This document shows, one piece after another, positions 39,897-49,320 of a stretch of DNA of 64,000 nt. Position 1 is the stretch's first letter. Each line of letters starts with the position of its first letter. Under the pieces are notes generated by a model. The model was not told the DNA's origin. It did no database searches and saw only the letters and a program-made list of their open reading frames with translations. Origin of the DNA: Chthoniobacterales bacterium (lineage in GTDB: Bacteria; Verrucomicrobiota; Verrucomicrobiia; Chthoniobacterales; Chthoniobacteraceae); contig JBBQZX010000005.1 in NCBI GenBank assembly GCA_038207335.1, positions 128,001 through 192,000 on the forward strand, in the 5' to 3' direction. Made by a program: the position numbers and the translations under genes.

Positions 39897-40772
39897 CTAG
39901 CCGACGATTTCGGTGCCGATGCCGGCGTTAGTGAAGATTTCTAGGAGGAGGGCGTGAGGGAAGCGGCCGTCGATGAAGTGGACTTTCTTCACGCCTTGCC
40001 CGAGGGCGTGCATGGCGCTGTCCACTTTTGGGATCATGCCGCCGGATATGATTTCCTCCTCAAGCAGGTGCTCGATCATCTGGCGTGTGACGGATGGGAT
40101 GAGCGATTGCTTGTCCATCGGGTCGCGCATGATGCCGGGCACGTCGCTGAGGTAGATGAATTTCGCGGCTTTCAAATGTCCGGCGATGGTGCCGGCGGCG
40201 ATGTCGGCGTTGATGTTCAAAACCGTGCCGTCGTCGGTGGTTGCGAGCGGGGAGATGACGGGGACTTTTTCCTCGGCGATGGCCTGCATGATTTCGTCGA
40301 GTTGCACGTCGATGACTTCGCCGACGAAGCCGAGGTCAATGCCGGTGGCTTTGCCTTCGGTCTGCGGCGGGAGCTTTTTGCCGCGCAGGATTCGCTTGCC
40401 GGGGATGCCCACGGCTTTTCCGCCGAAGTCGTTGAGGAGCTTGACGATGCCGGGGTTGATGAGGGTGTCGAGGACGTCCTCAACGATGCCGATGGATTGC
40501 GCGTCGGTGACGCGCAGGCCGTTGACGAATTTCGGCTTGAGCCCGGCGTCGCGCATCCGGCTGGTGATGGCTTTTCCGCCGCCGTGGATGAGGACGGGAT
40601 TGATGCCGACGGCTTCGAGAAAGACGACATCGCGCAGGAAGCGCTCAACGACGTTGTCGTCATCCATGGCGCTGCCGCCGTATTTGATGACGAAGAGTGC
40701 GCCGCGGAATTTCTGGATGAAAGGGAGCGCCTCGAGGAGCGCCTCAGCTCGTGCAGTGGGTTGTTGGGCCAT
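39897..40772 (-). CDS. argB: Acetylglutamate kinase
   Basis: VIKYGGSAM, IHGGGK, GLRVTD, NINAD, GGMIPKV. Confidence 0.96.
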   Translation of the reverse strand: MAQQPTARAEALLEALPFIQKFRGALFVIKYGGSAMDDDNVVERFLRDVVFLEAVGINPVLIHGGGKAITSRMRDAGLKPKFVNGLRVTDAQSIGIVEDVLDTLINPGIVKLLNDFGGKAVGIPGKRILRGKKLPPQTEGKATGIDLGFVGEVIDVQLDEIMQAIAEEKVPVISPLATTDDGTVLNINADIAAGTIAGHLKAAKFIYLSDVPGIMRDPMDKQSLIPSVTRQMIEHLLEEEIISGGMIPKVDSAMHALGQGVKKVHFIDGRFPHALLLEIFTNAGIGTEIVG

Positions 40773-40887
40773 TTTTGGAAAGTGGTGAGTTGGTTGATTG
40801 AGAGAGTGGCCAATGTGGGACCGCCAGGGAGTTTCGGCGGGCGCGCCTTTTCTCTCAACTCTCAACTCACGCCGCTCATCCGCCCAC

Positions 40888-42096
40888 TCACTCGCCCATG
40901 TTGAGCCGCACGTATTCTTCGCTCAGGTCGGTGGTATAGACGATGTATTCGGCGTCGCCGAGCTGGAGGTCGATGGTGACGGTGAAGCTCCTCGCCGCGA
41001 CGATTTTTTGCAGTTCGGAAAATGGCGTGCAGCTCGCCATGCCGCACTTCACCGCGCTCACGCCGTCGTAGAAAATATCGACCAGTTCTTCGCGCATCTT
41101 CGCGCCGGAGTAGCCGATGGCGTCCATGATGCGGCCCCAATTCGGGTCGCCGCCAAACCACGCGCATTTCGTGAGCGTCGATTTTGCCACCGCCTCCGCC
41201 GCGCGCCGCGCGTCGCTGAAACTCGTCGCACCTCGCACATTCACCTCGACGAATTTCGTGACGCCCTCGCCATCCTCCACGATCAGCCGTGCGAGCGCGC
41301 AGGTGACGTGATCGAGCGCGCTCTGGAATTTCGCAAAGCTCTCGCTGCCGGAGATGAGCGGGGAATTTTCCGCGAGGCCGTTTGCGAGGATGAGCACGGT
41401 GTCGTTCGTGCTCATGTCGCCATCGATCGTGATGCGGTTAAACGACTGCTCGACCGCAACGGAGAGCGATTTTTGCAGCAGTTCCTTGTCGATCGCGGCG
41501 TCGGTCGTGAGAAAGCAGAGCATCGTGGCCATGTTCGGGTCGATCATGCCCGCGCCTTTCGCGATGCCGCCGATGCGCACTTTCACCCGGTCGATCTCGA
41601 GCTCGACCGCGATGGATTTTGGGAAAGTGTCGCTCGTCATGATCGCTGCCGCCGCACGTTCGCTGCCGTGCGCGTCGAGCAGCACGGGCATCGTGGCGAT
41701 GGTCGCTTCCATTTTCTCGATCGGCAGCGGAACGCCGATGCGACCGGTCGAGCAGACGAGCACCTGCTTATCCTTCAGTCCCAGCGCCGCAGCGGTCGCG
41801 CGCACCATGCGCTGCGCGGTCTCGATGCCGCCGACGCCGGTGCATGCATTCGCGTTGCCCGCATTCGCGACGATCGCGCGCACATCGGCCGAGCGCACGT
41901 TCGCCTTCGAGATGCGCACAGGCGCGGCCTTCACTTTATTCGTCGTGAAGGTGCCCGCGGCCACGGTCGGCTGTGGCGAATGGATCATCGCGATGTCGGG
42001 CCGATCGAGGTTCGCGGCCTTGATGCCGCAGTACGCGCTGCCGGCGATGAAGCCGAGTGGTGCGGTGATGCCGCCTGTGATTTCGGTGAAAGGCAT
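40888..42096 (-). CDS. argJ: Bifunctional ornithine acetyltransferase/N-acetylglutamate synthase
   Basis: NAGNANACTG, STGRIG, IMTSDT, KGAGMIDPNMATML, DGEGVTK, DPNWGRI. Confidence 0.96.
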   Translation of the reverse strand: MPFTEITGGITAPLGFIAGSAYCGIKAANLDRPDIAMIHSPQPTVAAGTFTTNKVKAAPVRISKANVRSADVRAIVANAGNANACTGVGGIETAQRMVRATAAALGLKDKQVLVCSTGRIGVPLPIEKMEATIATMPVLLDAHGSERAAAAIMTSDTFPKSIAVELEIDRVKVRIGGIAKGAGMIDPNMATMLCFLTTDAAIDKELLQKSLSVAVEQSFNRITIDGDMSTNDTVLILANGLAENSPLISGSESFAKFQSALDHVTCALARLIVEDGEGVTKFVEVNVRGATSFSDARRAAEAVAKSTLTKCAWFGGDPNWGRIMDAIGYSGAKMREELVDIFYDGVSAVKCGMASCTPFSELQKIVAARSFTVTIDLQLGDAEYIVYTTDLSEEYVRLNMGE

Positions 42097-42216
42097 TTCG
42101 AGAGGCTGTTCCAAGTCTAGCTACCGCCGAAATCGGAACAGGCTACTGAAAGCGAATTCCGTGCGCGAGTTCGAGAACCTTCCGTGAGAATCTTCGCACC
42201 CGGCCTGCAGCCGGGA

Positions 42217-42324
42217 AGCGGGGCGCAATTTTCGCCTCGAGAATGGTCAATGGTGAGCAGCGGGGCGGAATTTTCGCCTCGAGAATGGTCAATGGTGAGC
42301 AGCGGCGGGCAATTTTCGACCCGA
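42217..42324. repeat. 42-bp tandem repeat (about 2.5 copies) between argC and argJ
   Basis: agcggggcg(c/g)aattttcgcctcgagaatggtcaatggtgagc at 42217 and 42259; partial third copy at 42301. Confidence 0.9.
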
Positions 42325-42334
42325 GCTTGGAGGG

Positions 42335-43372
42335 CTACAGCAGCGCCGTTTCCTCCGGCCAGCCGCACATCGCATTCATCGCCTGCACCGCCTGGCCCGC
42401 CGCGCCTTTCACGAGATTATCCTCCGCGCTAAGCAGGACGAGCCGACCCGTGCGTGCGTCGAAGCGCCACGCGATGTCGCAGAAATTCGTGTGCGTAACG
42501 TGCTTCGTATCCGGCAGCGCCGAGTCGCCGAGCAGCCGCACGAATGTCTCGCGTTCATACTTTTCCACGAGCGCCTTCTCGATGTCCATCGGCCCAAGAT
42601 CGAATGCCAGAAACGCATGGATCGTGGTGAAAATCCCGCGCGTCGCGGGCACGAGATGAGGCGTGAAAGTCACGGTTACGGGCTCTCCCTGCGCCTTCGA
42701 GAGTTCCTGTTCGATCTCCGCGAGATGCCGGTGTTTCGGCACGCCGTACGCGCGCACGCTCTCGTTGCATTCGGCGAAAAGATAATCCGTCTTCGCCGTT
42801 CGCCCCGCGCCGCTCACGCCGCTCATGCTGCAGATCGTGATCGACGCGGGATCAAGCAACCTCCGGCTCAGGAGCGGATGCAGCGGCAAAATCACGCTTG
42901 TCGGATAGCACCCCGGCGAGGCCACCAGCCGCGCCTCTCGGAGCTGTTCGCGATACAACTCCGGCATCCCGTAAACGCTCATCGCGGCGAGTTCCGGCGC
43001 GTGATGCGTCTCGCCATAGAACTCCTCGTACACCGCCGGGTCCTTGATCCGAAAATCCGCGCTCAAGTCGATCACGCGCACCCCTGCCTCCACGAGCGGC
43101 TTCGCAAATTCCGTCGCGACGCCATGCGGCAGCGCGAGGAAAATCAACCCCGCGCCCGTCGCCAAAATCGCCTCCACATTCGATTCGATGAACTCCAGCG
43201 CCGCATACCGCTGCCCCGCGAATTTCGGATACACCGCATCGAGCCGCGCGCCTGCGTGCTGCCGCGAAGTGAGCGCGACAAGTTCCACTCCCGGATGTCG
43301 CATCAACAGCTTCACGAGTTCCTCCCCCGAATATCCGCTGGCTCCGACGACTGCGACTTTTTGGAGATTCAT
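42335..43372 (-). CDS. argC: N-acetyl-gamma-glutamyl-phosphate reductase
   Basis: GASGYSG, ALPHG, DLSADFR, SPGCYPT, SGVSGAG, DNLVKGAAGQAVQ. Confidence 0.96.
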   Translation of the reverse strand: MNLQKVAVVGASGYSGEELVKLLMRHPGVELVALTSRQHAGARLDAVYPKFAGQRYAALEFIESNVEAILATGAGLIFLALPHGVATEFAKPLVEAGVRVIDLSADFRIKDPAVYEEFYGETHHAPELAAMSVYGMPELYREQLREARLVASPGCYPTSVILPLHPLLSRRLLDPASITICSMSGVSGAGRTAKTDYLFAECNESVRAYGVPKHRHLAEIEQELSKAQGEPVTVTFTPHLVPATRGIFTTIHAFLAFDLGPMDIEKALVEKYERETFVRLLGDSALPDTKHVTHTNFCDIAWRFDARTGRLVLLSAEDNLVKGAAGQAVQAMNAMCGWPEETALL

Positions 43373-43424
43373 GCGGTAAAAATAGCCGCCTCTGGTGACA
43401 GCAAAAGCCGCAAACGTCGGAGCG

Positions 43425-44846
43425 CTACGCTAAAATTTTCTTCACAACCTCGCCGCGCACGTCGGTCAGCCGAAAGTCGCGGCCCTGATATTTGTAGGTC
43501 AGCTTTTTGTGATCGATGCCGAGCAGATGCAGCATCGTCGCGTGCAGGTCGTGCACTTCCATCGGGTCTTCCACCGCCGCGTATCCGAGTTCGTCCGTCG
43601 CGCCGTATGCGGTGCCGCCTTTGATCCCGCCGCCCGCCATCCAGATCGAAAATCCTTTGTTATGATGATCTCGCCCGTCGCCGCCTTGCGACATCGGGGT
43701 GCGCCCAAATTCGCCGCCCCACACGATCAGCGTGTCCTTCAACATGTCGCGCTGTTTCAAATCCTGAATCAGCGCAGCGCTCGCGCGATCGACCTCCTGC
43801 GCCTTGTATTCGATCCCCTTTTTCAGCCCACCGTGATGGTCCCAATCCTTGTGGTAGAGCTGGATGAAGCGCACTCCACGCTCCGCAAGCCGCCGCGCGA
43901 GCAGGCAGTTCGCGGCGAAGGATCCATCGCCCGGCGTGCAGCCGTAGAGGTCGAGGACGCTCTTCGGCTCCTGCGTCACATCCATCAGCTCCGGCACGCT
44001 CGCCTGCATCTGAAACGCCATCTCGTATTGCGTGATCCGCGTCGCGATTTCGGGGTCATCGACGAGCGCGTTGTATTCCGCATTGATCGCATTTACCGCG
44101 CCGACCACGCCGCCCTGCTGCTCGCGCGACACTCCCGGCGGCGTGCCGAGATACAAAACCGGGTCGCCTTTCCCGCGCAAATTCACGCCCTGAAACCGGC
44201 TCGGTAAAAAGCCCGCCGCCCATTGCCGCGCCGCGATTGGCTGATTCTGCCCGCCCTTCCCGAGCGAAGTGAGCACCACGAATCCCGGCAAATCCGCCGA
44301 CTCGCTCCCGATGCCGTAAGTGATCCACGCGCCCATCGACGGACGCCCGGCGATCTGCGTGCCGGTGTTCATGAACATGTGCGCTGGGTCGTGATTGATC
44401 GCCTCGCTGGTCATCGAGCGGATGATGCAAAGCTCATCCGCAACCGAGCCGAGCTGTGGAAAAAGCGAGCAAATCTCCGCGCCGTTCTGCCCGAATTTTT
44501 GAAAGTCAAACTGCGGCCCGTAGCACTTGAGCGCCTGTCCCTGGAGCTGCGCGATCTGCTGGCCCTTCGTCATCGACTCCGGCATCGGCTCGCCGTGCAT
44601 GGCCTTGAGTTTCGGCTTAAAATCGAACGTCTCGAGGTGCGAAGGCCCGCCCGCCATCGAGAGATAAATCACGCGCTTTGCGCGCGGCGCAAACGGCAGC
44701 GGATTGATGATCCCAGCCCATTTTCCGTCCGGCGCCGCCGCGCGCATGAGCTGTGGATCAAGCAATGAAGCTAGCGCGATGGCACCGAGCCCGCGCGAAG
44801 TGCGCCCGAGAAAACTGCGGCGGGTGAGAGGATGGGGGAGATTCAT
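43425..44846 (-). CDS. DUF1501 family Tat-exported protein
   Basis: TRRSFL, AKRVIYLSMAGGPSHLETFD, WDHH, GEFGRTP, GRDHH. Confidence 0.92.
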   Translation of the reverse strand: MNLPHPLTRRSFLGRTSRGLGAIALASLLDPQLMRAAAPDGKWAGIINPLPFAPRAKRVIYLSMAGGPSHLETFDFKPKLKAMHGEPMPESMTKGQQIAQLQGQALKCYGPQFDFQKFGQNGAEICSLFPQLGSVADELCIIRSMTSEAINHDPAHMFMNTGTQIAGRPSMGAWITYGIGSESADLPGFVVLTSLGKGGQNQPIAARQWAAGFLPSRFQGVNLRGKGDPVLYLGTPPGVSREQQGGVVGAVNAINAEYNALVDDPEIATRITQYEMAFQMQASVPELMDVTQEPKSVLDLYGCTPGDGSFAANCLLARRLAERGVRFIQLYHKDWDHHGGLKKGIEYKAQEVDRASAALIQDLKQRDMLKDTLIVWGGEFGRTPMSQGGDGRDHHNKGFSIWMAGGGIKGGTAYGATDELGYAAVEDPMEVHDLHATMLHLLGIDHKKLTYKYQGRDFRLTDVRGEVVKKILA

Positions 44847-44906
44847 GTTGTCGAGCGGGACGCGGTCTGCTCCGGGGAGATAAGTTCGCTCCGAACGCGG
44901 GATTCG

Positions 44907-47426
44907 CTAGGAGCGTGTGATCGTTTCATGGAGGTTCAAGATCACTCGCGCGATGTTTGTCCACGCGGCGAGTTCGGCTGCGTCGTAGGCGTCTGGCAGC
45001 GGCGCGATGCCTACTTTTAACAGCGCCTCGGCAGCGGCCTCGTCCTGCCGGTAGCGCGCGATATTTTCCTCAAGCAGAGCGTCCAGCGTGTGCCGTTCAT
45101 CCTCGCGTGGCTCCCGCGAGAGCGCCTGCTCGAATGCCCATTTCAGCCGATCCACACATCCGCACTGCTGCAAAATCTGCGCGGCAAAAACGCGCGCGGC
45201 CTCGACGTATGTCGGATCGTTGAGCAGCACGAGCGCCTGCTGCGGGATGTTTGAGCGGTTGCGCTCGGCGGTGCATTCCTCGCGCGTCGGCGCGTCGAAT
45301 GCCAGCAGGCTCGGGTGCATGTAGGAGCGCTGCCACCAAGTGTAGAGCCCGCGGCGATATTGATCCCTGCCCTCGTCGGACTGCCACTCCCGCGCCGGGA
45401 AATTCAAATTCTCCCAATACCCCGCGGGTTGATACGGCTTCACGCTCGGTCCGCCGATCTTCGGCGCGAGCAGCCCAGCGATCGAGAGCGCGTTGTCCCG
45501 CACGAGCTCCGCATCGAGCCGCCAGCGGCTCTGTCGCGCGAGTTCGCGATTGTCCGGGTCGCGCGCCTGCAGCTCTTTCGATGCGAGGGAGGTCTGCCGA
45601 TACGTCTCGCTGTTCACGATGAGCCGCACGAGATGCTTCACGTCCCACGGGTGCGAAGCGGGCGCGTCGGACGGCTCCATGAATTCGCACGCGAGCCAGT
45701 CGAGGAGCGCGGGCTGAATCGGCGGTTCGCCCTGCGCGCCGAGGTCGTCGAGCACTTTGGAAAGCCCGATGCCGAAGAACTGCTTCCACAACCGGTTCAC
45801 AAAAACGCGCGCGGTCAGTGGGTTGTCGCGCGAGACGAGCCAGCGCGCGAGATCGAGCCGCGTGAGCTTCTGCCCTGCTTCGATTTTCGGTTGTGGGAGA
45901 AAGTGCGGGAGCGCCGGCTGCACGATCTCGCCGGTCTCATTCATCCAGTCGCCGCGCGGCAGCATTCGCACGGTGCGCGGCGTCGGCGACGACTCGGAGA
46001 CGAGGCAGCGCGGGAGCGTCGCGTCGAAATCGTCGCGGGCTTTCTTCGCCGCATCGCGTGTTGCGCGCGCCTCCGCGAGCTGAGGCGCGACGGTGCGAAA
46101 ATGCGCGGCGATCTTTTCATTCTGCTCCGCCGTGCGGAAGACGAGCGGCAGCTCGACCGCAGCGCGGATTTCTTTCGGCAGCTTTTTGATCGCCTCTGCG
46201 TCGAGTCGAAACTCCCACTGCAACTCCGCCGCCGCGAGTTCCGGCATCGGCGCATCGACTTGCGTCTCCGCGGTGGCGAGGGCCTTATCGAGGTCGGCGA
46301 GTTTCGCGTCTTCGGCCGGCGTCGAGAGCAGCATCCCGGGCTCGCGCCGCCCGATGATCGGCTCGCGGATGTCCGCGAAAAACGCGCCGAGCGTGTAGAA
46401 ATCGCGGGCCGAAATCGGGTCGAATTTATGGTCGTGGCATTGCGCGCAGCCGATCGTCGCGCCGAGCCAGACGGTGCCGACGGCTCGTACGCGATCGGTC
46501 AGCATCCGCGCCTCGTAGTCCTTCGCCTGGGCGCCGCCCTCCTCCGTCGAGAGCAGCAGCCGGTTGAATGCGGACGCCACCTTTTGCTCTCGAGTGCTCT
46601 CTGGCAGAAGATCCCCGGCGATTTGCTCGATCGTGAATTGGTCGAACGGCTTGTCGTTGTTGAACGCCGCGATCACGTAGTCGCGATACGCCCAGACGCT
46701 GCGCGGGTTGTCGGAATGATAACCAGCGGTGTCGGCGAAACGCACAACATCGAGCCACGGAATCGCCATGCGCTCGCCGAAATGCGGCGACGCAAGCAGC
46801 CGTTCGATGAGCCGCGCGTAGGCATCTGGCGCGGTGTCATTTGCAAAAGTGGCGACCTCGTCCGGCGTCGGCGGTAGCCCAATCAGGTCGAACGAAACAC
46901 GGCGGATGAGCGTATGCCGATCGGCTTCCGCGGACGGCTGAAACCCAGCCACCGCGAGGTGCTGCCGTACGAGCGAGTCGATCGGATTTTTCCCCGGCTC
47001 AGTCGTCGCGCGAGCCGGCGGGATGTAGGCCCAGTGATCCTGATACTCCGCGCCTTGCGCGATCCAGCGGTCGAGCAGCGCGACCTCGCGCGGCGTCAGT
47101 TTTTTCCCCGAATCCGGCGGCGGCATCTTCTCTTCTTTGTCAGTGGAATGGATGCGAACGTGCGATTCGCTGTCGTCGAGTTTGCCAGGGACGATTGCGC
47201 GGACGCCGTCGTTCTCCGCGAGCGCGCCGTCGCGCGTGTCGAGCCGCCGTTTGGCCTCGCGCTTCTTCTGGTCGGGCCCGTGACACTTGAAGCAATTCTC
47301 CGAGAGGATCGGCCGCACGTCGCGGTTGTATTCGATTTTCGCCGGGATCGGCGCCTCGCCCGCGGCAGCGAGTAGCGGAATGAAAATGAGGATCGGGAGG
47401 AATCGCACAGGGCGGAATTTTCGCAT
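44907..47426 (-). CDS. Planctomycete cytochrome c + DUF1549 + DUF1553 (PSCyt/PSD1) protein
   Basis: VRPILSENCFKCHGPD, WIAQGA, CAQCHDHKFDP, NPLTARVFVNRLW, PQQALVLLN. Confidence 0.92.
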   Translation of the reverse strand: MRKFRPVRFLPILIFIPLLAAAGEAPIPAKIEYNRDVRPILSENCFKCHGPDQKKREAKRRLDTRDGALAENDGVRAIVPGKLDDSESHVRIHSTDKEEKMPPPDSGKKLTPREVALLDRWIAQGAEYQDHWAYIPPARATTEPGKNPIDSLVRQHLAVAGFQPSAEADRHTLIRRVSFDLIGLPPTPDEVATFANDTAPDAYARLIERLLASPHFGERMAIPWLDVVRFADTAGYHSDNPRSVWAYRDYVIAAFNNDKPFDQFTIEQIAGDLLPESTREQKVASAFNRLLLSTEEGGAQAKDYEARMLTDRVRAVGTVWLGATIGCAQCHDHKFDPISARDFYTLGAFFADIREPIIGRREPGMLLSTPAEDAKLADLDKALATAETQVDAPMPELAAAELQWEFRLDAEAIKKLPKEIRAAVELPLVFRTAEQNEKIAAHFRTVAPQLAEARATRDAAKKARDDFDATLPRCLVSESSPTPRTVRMLPRGDWMNETGEIVQPALPHFLPQPKIEAGQKLTRLDLARWLVSRDNPLTARVFVNRLWKQFFGIGLSKVLDDLGAQGEPPIQPALLDWLACEFMEPSDAPASHPWDVKHLVRLIVNSETYRQTSLASKELQARDPDNRELARQSRWRLDAELVRDNALSIAGLLAPKIGGPSVKPYQPAGYWENLNFPAREWQSDEGRDQYRRGLYTWWQRSYMHPSLLAFDAPTREECTAERNRSNIPQQALVLLNDPTYVEAARVFAAQILQQCGCVDRLKWAFEQALSREPREDERHTLDALLEENIARYRQDEAAAEALLKVGIAPLPDAYDAAELAAWTNIARVILNLHETITRS

Positions 47427-47535
47427 CGGGGAGAGGGAGCGCAATAGTGTGACGACAATGACCCGTGGCACGCCGCGGACTTTGGGGGAAAAGCCACGCT
47501 CGCCGTCAGCGCCGCGGTTCATCTAAAAACCGACG

Positions 47536-47865
47536 ATGCCATCCGAATTCACGCAGTTTGAAAATGTCACCGCGGTCGCGAAAGCGAACGTCTATTTCGA
47601 CGGGAAAGTCATCAGCCACACGCTGCATTTTCCCGACGGCTCGAAAAAGACGCTCGGCCTGATTTACCCCGGCCAATTTCATTTCGGCACCGACAAAGCG
47701 GAGCGCATGGAAATCGTCGCCGGACGCTGCGTTGTGCTGCTCAATGGTGACGCGGAGACGAGGGATTACGGCGCGGGTCAGACGTTCGACGTTCCGGGAA
47801 ATAGCGGCTTCGACATTCAAGTGGGTGCCGGCATTTGCGAATACGTTTGTTCGTTTCTGGACTGA
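47536..47865 (+). CDS. ppnP: Pyrimidine/purine nucleoside phosphorylase (DUF1255)
   Basis: ANVYFDGKVISH, KTLGLI.PG.FHFGT, ERMEI, FDVPGNSGF, EYVCSF. Confidence 0.88.
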   Translation: MPSEFTQFENVTAVAKANVYFDGKVISHTLHFPDGSKKTLGLIYPGQFHFGTDKAERMEIVAGRCVVLLNGDAETRDYGAGQTFDVPGNSGFDIQVGAGICEYVCSFLD

Positions 47866-47908
47866 CGACGTCTCGGCCGGCGTTGAATTCCTGCCTCAGT
47901 CGTACAAC

Positions 47909-47943
47909 AAAAACGCCGCGTTCCGAAGAAACGCGGCGTTCTT
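47909..47943. terminator. Probable bidirectional terminator between ppnP and trxA
   Basis: aacgccgcgtt (47912-47922) pairs with aacgcggcgtt (47930-47940); A-run on the left. Confidence 0.75.
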
Positions 47944-47961
47944 GAAAACAGACCGGGAGAG

Positions 47962-48294
47962 TTACGCGAGCGCTTGGATTTTCGAGACGAGGCCCGCTTT
48001 GCTTGTTCCTGCGCCGACGACTTGGTCTTTCACTTCGCCGCCTTTGAGGAAAAGGAGCATCGGGATCGAGCTGACGCGGAACTTCGCGGCGAGCTGCTGA
48101 TTCTCATCGACGTTGACTTTGCCGATCTTCGCAGTGCCGCCGAGTTCGTCGGCGATTTGGTCGATGATCGGGCCGATTTGCCGGCACGGTCCGCACCACG
48201 GTGCCCAGAAATCGAGCAGTACGGGGACGGATGCGTTCGCGACTTCGGAGTCGTAATTCGAGTCGGTGATTGTGAGGACGTTTGAACTGGCCAT
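47962..48294 (-). CDS. trxA: Thioredoxin
   Basis: DFWAPWCGPC, KVNVDEN, SIP. Confidence 0.95.
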   Translation of the reverse strand: MASSNVLTITDSNYDSEVANASVPVLLDFWAPWCGPCRQIGPIIDQIADELGGTAKIGKVNVDENQQLAAKFRVSSIPMLLFLKGGEVKDQVVGAGTSKAGLVSKIQALA

Positions 48295-48313
48295 GTCTGA
48301 ATCTACGAGGGAT

Positions 48314-49039
48314 TTACGGAAATGGAACTGGGTTCGCTTCCGCAAATGCCATGTAGGTCGTCGCGAGCGACGCAATGGCGAGGACGACTGCGGCGATCGA
48401 GAGGCCGGTGATGACGGAGTCGGGCCCGGCAGCGACTTCGGTGACGATCGGTGCGCGGGTGATCGGTGCCATGCTGGTGACCGCCGCGGGCTTGTTCACG
48501 AGCGGCTGCGTCTGCTGCATTTTGATCGTTGCCTTCGGAAGCGCAGTCTTTGCGCCTGCGGGCGGTAGCGTGATGCGGGCGGTTTCTTTCTTCGGCGAAG
48601 CGCGCTGCGTCACAGGCTCGGGTGCGGGAGTCGGGCCAGCGGAAGGCATCGGTGCGGGCTTGAGCGGGACGGTCGGCTTTGCGCCGAGTGACGGCGGTTT
48701 CGGCGGCGGCGTTGCGCCACTGAGGGGCTTCATCGCGGGAGGCGGCATCGCTCCGGAGGGGCGAGGTGCGGGTGGCGGCGGGACGAATGGCTTTGCGCCG
48801 GGCATCGGAGGCGGTGCTCCCGCGGCAGGGGAGGTCGTCGGCAGCTTGGTCGTCTCTTTTTTCGGAGCAGTGCCGGCGGGCGGCAGGGGAGACGGCGAAG
48901 GTTTGCCGGGGACGTTGATCCGCACGGTTTCGCGTTTTACCGCTGGCTGCTCGCTTTTCGGCGGGAGCGTGATGCGGATGGTTTCGCTTTTCGTGACGTC
49001 GTCCGATTCGGACGGGGCGGGTGGAATTTCGTCGGCCAT
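48314..49039 (-). CDS. Pro-rich disordered protein with repeated K-x-E-T-x-R-I motifs and a C-terminal TM anchor
   Basis: KSETIRITLP, KRETVRINVP, KKETTKLP, KKETARITLP, PKATIKM; hydrophobic C-terminus. Confidence 0.75.
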   Translation of the reverse strand: MADEIPPAPSESDDVTKSETIRITLPPKSEQPAVKRETVRINVPGKPSPSPLPPAGTAPKKETTKLPTTSPAAGAPPPMPGAKPFVPPPPAPRPSGAMPPPAMKPLSGATPPPKPPSLGAKPTVPLKPAPMPSAGPTPAPEPVTQRASPKKETARITLPPAGAKTALPKATIKMQQTQPLVNKPAAVTSMAPITRAPIVTEVAAGPDSVITGLSIAAVVLAIASLATTYMAFAEANPVPFP

Positions 49040-49320
49040 ATTAGTAATAGAGGGAGGTGAGGGAGGGTGGTATCTCACCCCGCGGAAAAAGTGTCAACCC
49101 GATGTTGGCTGTGCAGCCCGCTTGTCTCTCAGAAGCTCACTTTTAAGCGGGAAACACAAAACAGGAACGGCGGGAATGCCTGTGACGGGAGACTTTCTTC
49201 TTCTCCGCCTTTTCTTGTTTTCCGGCTACACCCGAAATCTCCATGCTTTCGCATCCAACTGGATCGAGAGTGGGGAACTTTCCCTTGCCCGCCATTTTTC
49301 CGCGTGGCTAGGGTGCGCCG

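Noticed and set aside
42217..42324. Mini-CRISPR
   Set aside because: Whole 42-bp units are repeated with no variable spacer, so it is a tandem repeat
43425..47426. PSCyt/PSD1 + DUF1501 pair as a novel system
   Set aside because: Uncharacterised but very widespread and already recognised in PVC genomes; nothing atypical here
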